A stretch of 64,000 bases of DNA, taken from positions 83,638,001 through 83,702,000 of the forward strand of contig NC_043000.1 of the NCBI RefSeq assembly GCF_006345805.1, read 5' to 3'. The position numbers were made by a program, and so were the translations under genes. How positions within the stretch are numbered: the stretch's first letter is position 1; the number at the start of each line of letters is the position of its first letter. This document shows positions 36,939-50,700 of the stretch, piece after piece. The notes below the pieces were generated by a model. The model was not told the origin of the DNA. It saw nothing but the letters and a program-made list of their open reading frames with translations, and ran no database searches. The stretch is from Octopus sinensis (Eukaryota).

Positions 36939-38884
36939 GTGTATGTATACACACACAGTATTTTGATATTTTACCTACTTATCAGTCTTTAACTTATAAT
37001 TCTTCATCACTATACATTCAAATATCTGAGTCTTTGATAAACAATTACCAATGTTCCAAACAAGCTATTGTCTATATCTTGTACACAATAAACTCACGAA
37101 ATTAAGCAAATTGGATGAAGAAATCTGAATGTATTATTATCTTTTAAGAGAGAAACTGTCATTTTTGTTTGTCTTTTGTTCATATAAATTTTATCTGTAT
37201 CCATAAACAAGATAAATATTCCCTATTAAGAGGTTTAAGAAAGTAAAGTAAAATAGTCCGACTTAAAATATGGAAGCAGGTCTTTCTAAAATGTGTAAAC
37301 CATGGAAAACAATGCTTAAATCTTTGAATTGATGGAATGGCATTTTCAGGAAAAAATCCCCGAAAAGACTACGACATTCAACAAATGAGCTATTTAGTAA
37401 GAAAAGTGAAGGTAATAAAACATTAAATTATTCAGAAAATAATGTAATTTTGAAGAACTGACATTTCATTGCAATCAGACTTTAAATGAGGGAAATTGTT
37501 GAATTCTATCATCAGTTCAGGAAATAAATAATTAGAGAAAGCTTAATTAAAGAAGAGCAAAAAGGTTCTTCTAATTATGAGCCTTGACCAAATCTCCTCT
37601 GAAGATTGGATTGCACAATTAAGAAATCAAAGAAATACACTTAAAAATTATTGCAAGAAACAAAAAATATAAAATATATTTAATTAAAAGAATGCCTTTC
37701 TCTTGAGAAATTTTACAACACTAGATTTTTTAATGATTTCTCTCTTTTTTTTTTTTTTAGTTATTAATGATTATTGGAAAATTTCAGTTCATAAAACTAC
37801 AGCCACATTCCTACACAGGGATTCAGTTAAAATGAAGGAATATACACTCCCTACCTTTATTTGACAAACAGCTATTGTCAATGTTGATAATTTTATTTTA
37901 GAATTCAATAAACGTGTTTTGTATTTAATGAAGTAATCCTTCCTAAAAAGGAAAATATTAAATGTTCACTGTGATTAATAATCAAATATTTTAGTGTAAT
38001 TAGTTCTGGTATTGAGAAAAGTGGAAGCAACAAAGTACATTAAGCCTCAAGTAGTTCATCAAATATTTGATAGACTCATTGTGATTCTAAACAAATAGAA
38101 AGGTGAATGTTTTCAGGGAATTCTTGTTGGTAAACTCTGCCTCAAATGTTTGAGCATTATGAAATTTGTACAAAATGTTCTACTTCTTTATATTGCAATG
38201 ATCTCTTATTCACTTCCACTGTTCCTTCTCATCCTCATTTTCTTTTAGCTGAAAGTCATTTAATACATCAACAGTACAAATATGAATATATGATCCAGTT
38301 TATCTTCCTTTTTAATTCTTTCAATTTGCTAAATATGGGGGAATGATATTCACAGAATATTAGTTTCAATACATAGAATAGATGACTTTTTTATATTATT
38401 GAATCTTCAGTTTTAATTAGTAGTTAGAATAGTGATCCAAAATATAATTTGAAATGACATTAATTGCAAGCTATAGTTTAACATTTTTTAATAAAAATAA
38501 TTAAGTTCTAATAAGTTTTAATGAAAAGTAGTTATATAAAACCTTTTAAATTCAACTTCATTTTTAGTAATGATTTCTTTTAATAGCATAAGTTATCATA
38601 AGTTGATTTACTAAAACAGAAATTACTTAAAAACTGTGTCAATCTTTATTTTCAATTCACTCATGTTCATAACTAAACAAGACAGTGGAATCATATGTTT
38701 TATTCTAAAATAACAATAATTTATATTTAAACTTGTTTCAACTGATTTGAGAATTTAGTTATCCATTTAGTTTATCTTTCAAAGCGTAGAATGCTTAACT
38801 AGTCACTGCAGTAAGAAATGGTAGTCAATAACTTTGTTTACATTTTTAAGGGGAAATAAGATATGTTTTAAACAATTTATTCGT

Positions 38885-39400
38885 TCAATCAGTGATATAA
38901 TTGCTGTTTAGCTTCAGCATCTTCTGCAATTTCATTTAGCATCAATATCTTCTGCAAAGAATTTCCTGTTTTTACTGGTGAAGAACTCTTCCATATGAAC
39001 TTGTACATCCTCTTCAGAGGTTTTCAGAATTTGATTTGATACTGGGAAAATATCTGAGCTTATCCTGATCATAATAAAGGTAGGTCTTAACTAACTTCAC
39101 TTTGTTGCTGTTAATTTTGGTTGACTGGTCAGACCAAGGTGCATCTTGAACTGAAAAATTTCCTGATCAAAATCTTGAAAACCACTTTGGCACACATGTT
39201 CCATAACAGCATCCTATCCATACACAGAACACATCTTCCTGCAAGTCTCTGCTCCTTTCTTGACATTTTAAAACAAAAAAGCATGAGGTGTTGATAATGT
39301 TTATTTTGGTTGTCCATTTTCAGGGTGATCTCAAGTACACAAAACACAGCCTATCTTGTTGCAACTTCATGTTGAACTATGTTAGTGTGGCAGGTATCTA
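38885..39400 (-). mobile_element. Mariner transposase relic, internally deleted
   Basis: HYQHLMLF.F...HTH region followed directly by a C-terminal SEEDVQVHMEEFFTSKNRKFFAEDI segment; the catalytic core is missing. Confidence 0.7.
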
Positions 39401-41008
39401 ACAAAAGCATGCACAAAGAGAAAAAGCAAACAGGGACAGGTATCTAACAAGTATGCAGGTACAAAGGCAAAAAAACGAACAAACTTTTTGGCCAATCCAA
39501 CACATTGATTTCTATATCATAGATATTTTTTGATTATAAAAATATGCCTTAGTTTTAGTCTAAAAAGGAAACCAATACATTTCATTAAAATATCTATTTC
39601 AAATAAACAAACATTCATTCTAGATTATGTATTCACATTGCAAAATTCCAATACTTTGATAGAATTAATTTGAATTTTATTGAATTATACCAATGAAAAT
39701 GTCTAATAAAAAATGAATTATTTTACAATTAGTTTTAACAGTAACTTTCATAAACATTGGCACTGATTCAGATTGGTGGTTAATTTTTAGCAATACCTTA
39801 TTAAATTTCTTTATTCCAACCAGCTGATAAAGAAGCTGCTACACCAAACATGGGCAACCTTTTTTGAGAAGAGGACCACATGAGACATGGCTCATCATCA
39901 CATTGGCAACACTACTTATTAGATATGCCATTGAGAAAGTCCTGTGATCCATATGTTGCCCAATCTCTTCACCAGCAACAAATAACAACTAGATCTATCC
40001 TAAGTGTTCCAAAAAGGGTGCATACATTTCATACTGGTGTTCAAGATAAATTATATACTAATTTATTTTTTACTGAGAGTGTTTCAAAATTTTATAAACA
40101 GAGTCTGATGAAAAACATTAGAATCTGTTTACCTTATTTATTTTAGTAACATCTGCAATGAAAACAGCAGAGAAAATTCACTCAGTTGTGTGCAAGTATC
40201 TTCAACTACTGCTATACTGACAGTAGAGACAGAGAGAGGAGAATATAAATTACATTTGTAAAAGATGCACTGGTCATGCTTGAAATACTCTTGATAATAA
40301 ATTTGCTCTACCAGGGCTGATCATATATGCAGTAATTTACGAATTTCTAATCATCTAAGCATGATCAGTTGATGGGATATACACTGCACACTAGTGACTT
40401 GACTATTAACATAGCTGGCTATTGAATGAAATTTGTCATATTTGTGAATATTTTATATAACAACTATGAGTTAAAATAGCTGGGTGCTTTTGTTGAGGAA
40501 AGTCTTTATAAATATTGATGCTATAATATTAACTATATGTACATTATGGTTTGATATATTAAAGTTTTATATTCAATATCTTTGTGGTTATAGAATGACT
40601 TCTTTGTGAACTGATATGATGAATACTTTACTAAAACAAAGTAAATAATTTGGAACAACTCTGTTGTAATGTTTTCATTTGATAAATTATAATAGAAAAC
40701 TAATATCTTTTGGCAACCCTGCTATAAACAAGTTTGTAGCAGAGTTACCAGCTGTTAATATTGTTAATTGAAGGAAAGTTCTTCAAACTGAAGAATGCTG
40801 CAATGTTTGTTTGGGATTTTTTCTTTTATAACACAAACATTGCAACATTGGCTCTCTGTGACTATCACATCACACATTATCAAACAGAATTACTAAAAGT
40901 AGGTTATTGACAGCATTGATAACAACATAACTTCACGCTGTTTCAATTTCATGTGTTTCACATGAGAAATATTTTACAACTTATTGATAGGAAATGAAAG
41001 GCACTGAC

Positions 41009-41097
41009 CGTAATCCAAAAATATGGGATTCATCGTAGTTGAATAATGAATGAATTTTTGCTGAACTGTCAATTAGAACTATTCGATCAATGAGCTC
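41009..41097 (-). CDS. TBC1D32: TBC1D32 exon 2 of 13 visible (phase 0-2)
   Basis: ttttcactgccag|[30 protein letters not shown]|gtcagt; human [30 protein letters not shown]. Confidence 0.95.
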
Positions 41098-42489
41098 CTG
41101 GCAGTGAAAAGAAAAGATAGGACAGCAGTAAAATTAGAAGCTTTGCTATGATATATCTGTACATAAATACATGCATGCACGTGCGCACACACACATACAC
41201 ATTATCTTCTTTTTTTTATGTCACTTTTTCCACACTAGCATGGGTTATATGAATATGTCAGTTTTACAGCCAGATGCCTCTCCTGTCACTAACTTTATCA
41301 GTTTTTCAAGCAAGGAATCTTATATTCCATGTGGTTTCAAAGGCATGAAGTGAGCAGATAATTTGTTGACAGGAGAACTGACAGCAACACCGACAGCAAC
41401 ACCATATGTTTATAGATGCATACAAACATATACATGTACTAACAGCAACCCTGTGTCCTTTCATGAAGCCCCAGACTGCATGGCAGTTGCTACTTAGTTC
41501 TGGTCATATTGTTTTAAATACAAGAGAGACAACAAAAAGCATTTCTACAATGCTGCTGCTTGCTCCACCTAACTGTATGTATAATTACCCCAGGCTAATA
41601 ATGACCAGTCAGTGGTAATCATATATACACAGGTCCAGATTTAAGTATGGATTGATATGGGCCATGGACCTCTAACTCAGAGAAGTCTAAAACTTAGAAT
41701 TAAAAATTTGAAAAATGTATTTACAGCAACCAAACAAATAATTTGTAAAAATTATTTTTTTACTTGTTTAAATTTTTTAAAATCCAATAAAGATTTTTAA
41801 AACAACTGAGCCCTCTTTTGATTTATTGGGCTTGCAAATTTGAAGGGTTGGGGTGTCCTAAGTATAAATTTGGATCCATATATAGAGTTAGGTGGAACAA
41901 GCAATTAACCATAGATACAATGCAATAATGACTATAGAATACAGATAACTGACCTGTGTGCCAGCTCTTCAGTAGCTTATCTAATTATTTATTCCACCAA
42001 TATTTAGCCCATAAATAAAATAATCTCATCTGTCACTAGTGAAGAAAACCACTATTATCATATTGATTATTACTGGTGATCATTGTAATATTGATTATTA
42101 CCAGTGTAATGTCTATTTTGCTCTGCTGGAATTTCAGAAGACAGTTCATTGGTTTCTATAAGGTGATAAACATTCTGTAAAATTTTGCACATGTAATAAA
42201 ACAATGAAGTCATTGTAATACCTCAGTGATTTGTTATCAATTACAGAGACAATGTACGGAATGTAAATGATGTTTGTGAGAAAGAAATAGCATTTAACGG
42301 TAATAGAAGCAGAACATTAGTGACGCCAACCATTTACAGGTTTCATATTAGAGTGTCTTTCTGTACAGTTGGTTATCTTAATGAAAACCTTTCTGACTGA
42401 CTGCACACAGTCATAGAGTTATTAATGAAATAACTTCATACTGTTGCTATGAATGTGTTTACATACATAACTCTTCACAGCAGGACACC

Positions 42490-43095
42490 CACAATAAAAC
42501 ATTCATATATATTGGCAATGAGACATTCATGCATTGAAGAGACACTCATATATTAATAATGAGACTCTCATATATATTGGTTTCAAATTCTGACACAAGG
42601 CCAGCAACTTTGGGGGAAGGGTTACATTAATTACATTGACTCCAGTGCTCAACTGGGGTCTTATTTTATCTACTCCAAAAGGATGAAAGGCATAATCAAC
42701 CTTGGTGGAATTTGAACCCAGAACGTAAAAATGGACAAAATGCTGCTAAGCATTTTGCCTGGTACACTAATGATCCAACCAGCTCACTGCCTAAGACTCT
42801 CATATATTCTGACAAGACATTTATTGACAATGAAACACTCATGTATTGAGACACACATATTGACAATGAGACACTCATATACATTGACATAGAGACTCTT
42901 GTATTGAGACGCTCATAAAGAAACGTATTTTGAAACTGAGAAACCTATGCCTTGACATTTAGACACCCATATCTTGACAATGAGACATTTATATATTGAT
43001 GTTGAGCCACTTATACATTGATAGTGAGACACCCATATACTAACATTGAGACACATATTGAGAAGACATTCATACATTGACGAGACATTCACATC
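42490..43095. repeat. ~24-bp minisatellite (catatattgacaatgagacactc), split by a SINE B copy
   Basis: Units on both sides of 42577-42795. Confidence 0.8.
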
Positions 43096-43227
43096 TTTCA
43101 AAAATCTGTAAACTGCTAATGTTGCATACAAACTTCTGGAATAAATCCTCTCAATCTTAAAAAATGAGATACCAAATTCTTAAAAGAATATGGTTGAAAA
43201 ATCATTAAAATAAGATAAAAGAAAGAT

Positions 43228-43600
43228 GCAGGTGTGGCTGTGTAATAAGAAACTTGCTTCTCAACTACATGGTTCCGAGTTCAGTCCCACTGCATGGAAC
43301 CTTGGGCAAGTGTCTTCTACTATAGCCTTAGATTTGGTAGACAGAAACTGAAAGAAACCCATCATATGTGTGTGTGTGTGTGTGTGTGTGTCTTTGTGTC
43401 TGTGTTTGTCCTCCCATCACTGCTTGACAACCAGTGTTGGTGTGTCTACATCCCTGTAACTTAGCAGTTCAGCAAAAACAAGACATAGAATAAGTATTAA
43501 GAATTAAGTCCAGGGGTCGATTTGTTCAACTATAACCCTTCAAGGGTGGTGCTCCAGCATGGTTGCAGTCAAATGACTGAAACAAGTAAAAGAGCAAAAG
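43228..43600 (+). mobile_element. SINE family A copy
   Basis: Colinear with 12234-12629. Confidence 0.88.
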
Positions 43601-44866
43601 AAAAGAATAAAAAAATAGTTGGCAAGATGCGAAAAAAAAAACAAACCAATACCAGATTTTTTTTTAATGGGCCAATGAGAGAACCTCTATGATTGACCGG
43701 CATGAAATAGCAGCTATATGTCCCTCAAGTCACATTCTATTGTGTTAAGGATTGGATAATGATATCTTGGGTACATTGTGACAAGAAAAAGATAGGGAGC
43801 TCATGGCTGGGATACATGTGGTCCTAAGTTTGCCCAATGAAGGTTAACTTGGGGGTTAAACAACTGCAGCAGCAGCAGCAAAAACAATGGCATCAGCACA
43901 CAGCAACAACTGCAACAGCAACAGAGTTTTCCTTTCTCATGGTCATGTAATACATTGTTTTGGATGACTGCTAAGAAAACTGTTTTTAAATCATGACTTC
44001 AAATTTTGTTGGAGTTGAACCAGCAATTATTAAACAGTGCCAAGTTCATGAAAAATGAATAAAGAGAAAACATATCCATATTTAACTGGATTGTTGTGTG
44101 TCTCAGAAGTATTAAAGCATTGACTTCTTTGACAAATGTTACATCTGACAAATTTCTCAACATTTTCACATTTATTTTTTTCAGTACTAACAATAGATTG
44201 GTGTCTGTAATGTGTTTTATGAATGGTTGGTGCAAATATTTTCCTTTTTTACATTTGGTAATATTTCTGAACAATAATATAAATTTCCCTTTGGCTAGAT
44301 TTAGCTATACAACTTTTGTCATATTTCTTTTTACTTGCACTTAACTATGTTTTTTCACCATTTTTAGATCATTGATGATTGAAAGAGAAGTTTCTTAGCT
44401 ATTTAAAATTTTACATTACAACAGACAAATTTCCAACAAAATAAAAATGTAAGAAAATGTTGGTATGAATGGTTTTTGAAGTTAAAAAAAATATCTGTTA
44501 GATATAACTTTTCTGACACAATGAAATTCTTTTTTAAGCAATTTAACATCACAACATTGATGATGCAACAGTTAGTGATTCCTCAAATTCAAACATTTAC
44601 ATCAACTGTTGGAACCAGGTTCATGATTAGATTATTTTCAAAAACATAATTTTTTTGCATAAGGAAGAGAAGCAAGCCCACCTAGTCTTCTGTGGTTGAT
44701 GTTCAGCTTACACTTTTGTAAGTTTGTATTTGGGGAGGGAGAGAGAGAGTGAGAGAGGTATTTGGGTACCTTGGTTTTCAAATTTCAATTCTCTTGTGGC
44801 GGGCAGGTCTTCTCAAGTTCAGCAATGTGCCACATATCTCAGTCGTCTGTCATTCCGAAAGGTTCA

Positions 44867-44905
<39 letters not shown>

Positions 44906-45664
44906 ATCATCATCATCATCATCATCATCGTTTAACGTCTGTTTTCCATGCTAGCATATATATATATACATGGATGGATATGTGTGAGGTGTGTGTGTTT
45001 GTCCACCTACACTACTTGACAACCTTTGTTGGTTCGTTTTCCTCCTAGTAATTAAGCAGTTCAACCTAAGAGACTGATAAAATAAGAATCAGGCTTAAAC
45101 ATTAAGCGCAGGGATTGATTTAATCAACTAAAAATCTTCAAAGTGGTGCCCCAGCATGGCGACAGTCCAATGACTGAAACAAGTTAGAAAAAAAGAAAAA
45201 AAGTAAAAGAACTTTATCTTTGATGTTTTAGCATTTTCCACATCACACTGACTGGACCAATTTTTGTCTCCAAGTACTTTTGATAGTGCAGAACATAAAA
45301 CTGTGAATGATGGGGTTTAATAGCTTGAAAAATTTACAAAATTAAGAATAGTGTTTTTTGTTGAGGTGAGATTTGAGTCTCCTGGTAGTTTATGCAGTGA
45401 ACGATGATCTTACTGATCAGCAAAGCATTTAATTATTAGATCAAATACCAAGGAAAAGCTAATCACTTATCAAATCTGAAGATTATTATAGAATACAAAA
45501 ATCTGAATCCTCAAGTGAAAAGTTCAACCTTGGAATTCCAGTTTAGTTTTAACAGCTCTGCTTGCTTCAACCAACCCAATTGAAAATACACATACACTTG
45601 CTCCATAAGGGATTGGATACTATTAAGAATAACAACTGGTGAAAAGTGTGTGTGTGTGTGTATT

Positions 45665-46025
45665 ACTCTTTACTCTTTTACTTGTTTCAGTCATCTGACT
45701 GTGGCCATGCTGGAGCACCACCTTTAGTCGAGAAATCGACCCCAGGACTTATTCTTTGTAAGCCTAGTACTTATTCTATTTGTCTCTTTTGCTGAACAGC
45801 TAAGTTACGGGGATGTAAACACACCACCATATACAAACATATACACACACATACATATACATATATATGATGGGCTTCTTTCAGTTTCCGTCTACGAAAT
45901 CCACTCAAGGCTTTGGTCGGCCTGAGGCTATAGTAGAAGACACTTGCCCAAGGTGCCACACAGTGGGAATGAACCCGGAACCATGAGGTTGGTAAGGAAG
46001 CTACTACCACACTACTCCTATGCCT
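45665..46025 (-). mobile_element. SINE family A copy
   Basis: Colinear with 1225-1610. Confidence 0.88.
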
Positions 46026-46103
46026 ATATATATATATATAGAACAGATAAGTGAGGTGAGAGAGTAAATGTTCATTCCATTCAATTACAGCTATATATGT
46101 TCA

Positions 46104-46741
46104 CTAGCAGTATCGCCCGGCGTTGCTCGGGTTTGTAAGGGAAATAACTATATAAGCATTTTTAGAGAGTTATAGCCAAAAAATAGCAAAAAATGCATTA
46201 AAAATGGAAAAAATATGATGGTAAATTTTTTGAAAAATCGTTGACTCATCGTAGACATTTTTAGAGAGTTACTTCCCTTATATAATAGCGAAAAAATGCA
46301 TTAAAATGGAAAAAAAAACGATGGTAAATTTTTTTTTAAATCATAGACTCATGTAGACGCTTTCTTAGCCATTTCTGTTTTGGTGTCTTCAAGCCATGAA
46401 GTCGTTGTTCTAAAAGAACACTGGTCTCCTTGACAACGCATTACGACGTTGATTTCCTTACACTCCCTTCCCCACAGGTGCAGGTGTGAGCGTGGACGCC
46501 AACTCCGCCGCCATCGACACACGAAAAATTATGCATTAAAATGGAATAAAAAATGATGTTAAATTATTTTTAAAATCGTAGACTCATCGTAGACGCACGC
46601 TAATATTCAGACGGGCTCGATATGAATCACGACTATAAGCTACCCGAATTTGGTTAAACTGCACCGCAAAATGTGGGAGTAGTTAGGAATCTAAATCGAA
46701 GGGGACAGACACTCACACAACTACAGTTTTATATATATAGA
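46104..46741 (-). mobile_element. Complete non-autonomous Helitron
   Basis: Minus strand starts TC (46741-46740) after A and ends CTAG (46107-46104) before T; subterminal hairpin cccgagcaacgccggg; three internal ~70-bp subrepeats. Confidence 0.88.
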
Positions 46742-46749
46742 TATACATA

Positions 46750-47095
46750 GCGCAGTAGTGGTGAAATGTGACAGCAAAGAAAAGCATACATTCACTCTCT
46801 GCATGCAATTAGACTGGGAAAGTTCGTGAGGAACCCATTGACCCAATTTGCTGACTTTTCCGATAGCACACAGGTGTCAATGAATGGTTGAATGACCAAA
46901 TCCAAGCTTCTCTGCTAGTTCCTCAACAGTTACGATGAGATTTTGTTCCACCAGGGTTTTCAGGATGTCCTTGTCGAGTTCTACAGATCTTTCAGGATGA
47001 GGCTCGTCTTCTAGGCTGTAGTTTATGGCTCGGGATTTCTGGAACCACCATTGACACTGCCTTACGCTTATTGTCCAATCCCCATATACTGCATT
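46750..47095 (-). mobile_element. Mariner transposase N-terminal fragment
   Basis: TRNINAVYGDWTISVRQCQWWFQK...LEDEPH...ELAEKLGFGHSTIH*LCAIGKVSKLGQWVPHEL (WVPHEL motif). Confidence 0.88.
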
Positions 47096-47175
47096 AATAT
47101 TTCTTGTACTTTGCACACATTTATATTCTGTTATTCTTTTATATGTTTCAGCCTTGAGGTTGTGGCCATGCTGGA

Positions 47176-47176
47176 T

Positions 47177-47214
<38 letters not shown>

Positions 47215-47419
47215 TATCTGTCTGTCTGTCTGTATGTATATATGTATATGTATGTGTGTGAACAATAATATTTTCAACAGATGTGTTGCAAATGTATCTG
47301 ATTGTTCTCAAGCTTCAATACTGTGTGTGTGTATGTGTGTGTGTGTATGTATGTATGTATATGTATGTATGTATATGTATGTATGTGTGTATGTATGTAT
47401 GTATGTGTGTGTGTATGTA

Positions 47420-47454
<35 letters not shown>

Positions 47455-47470
47455 ATGTATGTATGTATGA
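47176..47470. repeat. Compound (TG)n/(TATG)n microsatellite
   Basis: Seen directly. Similar tracts at 17767-17829, 26811-26862, 27000-27075, 44866-44929, 49718-49890, 52870-53025. Confidence 0.95.
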
Positions 47471-47489
47471 GTGTATGTTTACTTTATTA

Positions 47490-47942
47490 CTAACACAAGC
47501 CACTACGGTTATTTAATGTAGTCTTCCTCAAATCACTCTCTCTCTCGCTATTTACTCTCTTCCAAGAACATTTTCACTCACTCTTAGCTTCCCATACATT
47601 TTACTCATGTATCTATCAGCGTCATAGACAGAATACTTTCAGTTTAGTCTTCCTCAAATCACTCTGTCGCTATTTACTTTCATTTTATTCGTTGCCCACT
47701 GTGTGTGCGTTTGCGTGTGGTGTAAACCAGACTAAGAAAAGCATTTGACACACACACCAGAATGTAAGTTTTCTGTAAATTTTGCTTAATTGGAGTTTAA
47801 ATTTTAAAAACTGGACCTGGCATGACGCGATGCATTGTACTCTTAAAAATGCTAGGTAAATTGTAATTGAAGAAATCCTATATTGTAGATTTGTATAACT
47901 CCCAAAGGGAGGCAGATAAAATCTGCCTTTTATAATAAGAGA
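47490..47942 (-). mobile_element. Second non-autonomous Helitron-like element
   Basis: 5' A|TCTCTTATTATAAAAGGCAG with palindrome ggcagataaaatctgcc (47911-47927); 3' end TTAG|T resembles a mutated CTAG. Confidence 0.55.
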
Positions 47943-48454
47943 TATATATCATTATCATTGTTTAACATCTGTTTTCCATGCAGGCATGGGTTGGATAGTT
48001 AAATAGGAGCTGCCAACTGGAGAGTTATCCAGACTCCAATTGTCTATTTTGGCAAGGTTTCTATGGCTGGATGCCCTACCTAATGCCAACCACTTTACAA
48101 AGTGTACTGGGTGCATTTTGCATGTTGGATGAGTTTACGTAGCACCAGAATGAGAGCATTTTACATGATACAGACACACACATATATGTTCATATATATA
48201 TATATATACACACATACATATATTCTTTTATTCTTTACTTCTTTTATTTGTTTTAGTCATTTGACTGTGGCCATGCTGGATCACCACCTTTAGTCAAGCA
48301 AATCAACCCCAGTACTTATTCTATTGGTCTCTCTTGCTGAACCGTTAACTGACGAGGACGCAAACACACCAGCATCGGTTGTCAAGCGATGTTAAGGGGA
48401 CAAACAGAAACACACAAACATATACATACATATATATATATAAGAGTAGTTGAA

Positions 48455-49715
48455 TGAATTATCTTATTATGGATAATTCAGTTAATCGATACCTGGGTAG
48501 CAAATTCACGTCAGAAAAACACGGTTGAAGCTACATGCCTAGGGCAGAGATCACGTGCTTTCGTGTGGAAATTTGTGTGTTTTTTTAAATACAAATAAAT
48601 GAAAGAATGGAGTTGAACGACGAATTAACAAAATTCCTTTATTTTTGACATAAGTTTCGACGGCTGCATATTCCTAATTTTGAAGGAATAAGGGGTGCAT
48701 TATGCCGCCTTCTCATCAGGAAAAACAAGGAACTTATGTCAGCATCAAGATGCACAAAATCTTTTAGATGACTGCCCACACAGAGCCCATAGCAATAATG
48801 AGTGTTTCTTTAAAATATTCCGTTATAAGCAGTGACGTCAAAAATGGTTGAATGTAGAAGATTCTAAAAGGTTCAAGGGTTCAAACAAGGTTGGAGGAGG
48901 TAGGCCTAAGAATAGGAAGGTGATAGGGTGCAGGTCATATGAATGGTGATTTTGTTGTTTTCTTTTGTGAATGAGTGCCTATGTGTGTGTATGTATATAA
49001 CTGTATTAATGTCTATGTGTGTGTATGTGTGTGCGTGATTGTGTGTGTGGTTGGGTAGATGCCAAAAACAGACAGTGGTGAAGTGACAGGTTTGCGTTTG
49101 TGTGTTTGATTGTGCTTACGATAGAGAGAGGGAAAGAGAGAGAGAGGAGGGGGAGGTAGAGAGACAAAGGTAAAACATACCTCAATGGATTGGGTAGTAG
49201 TCCTTTAAGAATATAAAAATTGACTATGGGGGGTGATATATAAATGGGATTATATTATTAAAATTCAAGGAGGTTATCTATATTAATCATTATTCATTTG
49301 AGTGAAAGGTGTGTTTTTGCCAGTGCATGCACCTAAAGGATTTCTTGACCATTGTATTTATTAAAGGAACTTTGGCGAACAATATATGGAAAAGTTTGGA
49401 ATTACAGACGCCACAAAATTTTCTGCCCTTATCAAACGGAAAGGATACCGACAATATGGACCATTCCAGCCTGAAAGTTGTATTGCTGTCCTTAAGACGC
49501 CAAACTAATTTACTTAACAGCACAGGACTAAGGTGGTGTTTGAGGCCAGGTGGTTTTTGCTCAAGAGAAGAGTATATGGTAGCTTAAGTGGAGCCTCTTT
49601 ACTGAAGTGAATTAATTCAGATTTATACTTGTTTAGCTGCAGATTGTGTTTTTCCATCTACTGCATAACAACAGGCAGATCCAACTGGAGATTAGTCCAC
49701 TTTCCTGCCCGATGC
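48455..49715 (-). mobile_element. Penelope-like element 3' part (GIY-YIG endonuclease C-terminus, 3' region, pLTR), degenerate
   Basis: LSKLVWRLKDSNTTFRLEWSILSVSFPFDKGRKFCGVCNSKLFHILF...RCMHW (49290-49523) fits the PLE GIY-YIG C-terminal Cys/His motif; frameshifts upstream; hammerhead at the end. Confidence 0.8.
48636..48730 (-). ncRNA. Type I hammerhead ribozyme in a Penelope terminus
   Basis: ccttgtttttc-CTGATGA-gaaggcggcata...tatgcagccgtc-GAAAC-ttat-GTC-aaaaataaagg: stem I, core, 10 of 12 bp stem II, GUC triplet at 48649-48647. Confidence 0.85.
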
Positions 49716-49720
49716 ATGTA

Positions 49721-49753
<33 letters not shown>

Positions 49754-49796
49754 TGCGTGCGTGCGTGCGTGTGTGTGTGTGTGTGTTGTGTGTGTG

Positions 49797-49861
<65 letters not shown>

Positions 49862-49959
49862 ATGTTTGTTTATTTGTTTGTTTGTTTGTTTGCTTGTTCA
49901 TATCCAATCAAATAATAGCCTTCTAATTGATGATACACCCACCTCTCTTGTGGATTCCA

Positions 49960-50700
49960 AGACTTTAGGGCTGCAACTATAAATGAGGGCATGATGAAAG
50001 GTAGGTCTGGTGAGACTGAAAAACTACTGGAGTGAAAATGAGTAGATTTTTGTTGTGTGCAAGAAGTATGCTAGGAAGGATCCTCAAACAAACTCTTCAC
50101 AAAGACAGAGATACAAATTCATCTAGGGGAGTAACAGTGATGGAAGGGGTGGAGTAGGCATACTGTTAGTTGAGAAATGGATAGAAAAAGTAATTGAGGT
50201 TATGAGAGTATGTGATAACATTATCAAGATGAGAGTAGTTATAAGCACCTCAACAGTGACAGTGATCTTGGTGCATACCCCATAGGCAGGACTAACAGAA
50301 GTACAGAAGGACTGCTACTATGAGACCCTGTTGCAGGCTATTTCGATGATGTACACACAAATCAGACAGATTACATTCACACCAAGAAAAGAACATCTGT
50401 TGTAAAAGCCAAAACCTTTCCTAGCGTAGAATGCACTACACAACACAGATTAGTGGTTAGTGACTTCAGAATTAGAGCTAGGAAGACACAGAAACATGTG
50501 ATGACATGGAGAAGGAAGATATGAAAACTAAAAGATCCCACAATCGGGAACAGATTTAGAGAAGTTCTAACTGATGCATACGACTGCAGAGAGGTAGATT
50601 TAGATACTTGTAATGTAGATGAAAACTGGGAATTTCTATGTAATAACTTGCTCAAGGATACTGAACAGACATGTGGCTGGAGCAAAGTCCCAACTAAGCT
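49960..50700 (+). mobile_element. RTE LINE endonuclease region, degenerate
   Basis: KGRSGE...CCVQEV, GNSDGRGGVGILLVEKWIEKVIEVMRVCDNIIKMRVVI and TQHRLVVSDF motifs. Confidence 0.8.

Noticed and set aside
37098-37222. - strand exon candidate GIFILFMD...FLHPICLIS with a gtgagt donor
   Set aside because: It is phase 0-2, whereas the flanking exons join 2-2; the phase-2 reading hits a stop. The expected exon was found at 41009-41097.
37530-37675. 45-codon + ORF LIMSLDQISSEDWIAQLRNQ...
   Set aside because: Possibly an old transposase tail, but too short to assign by eye.
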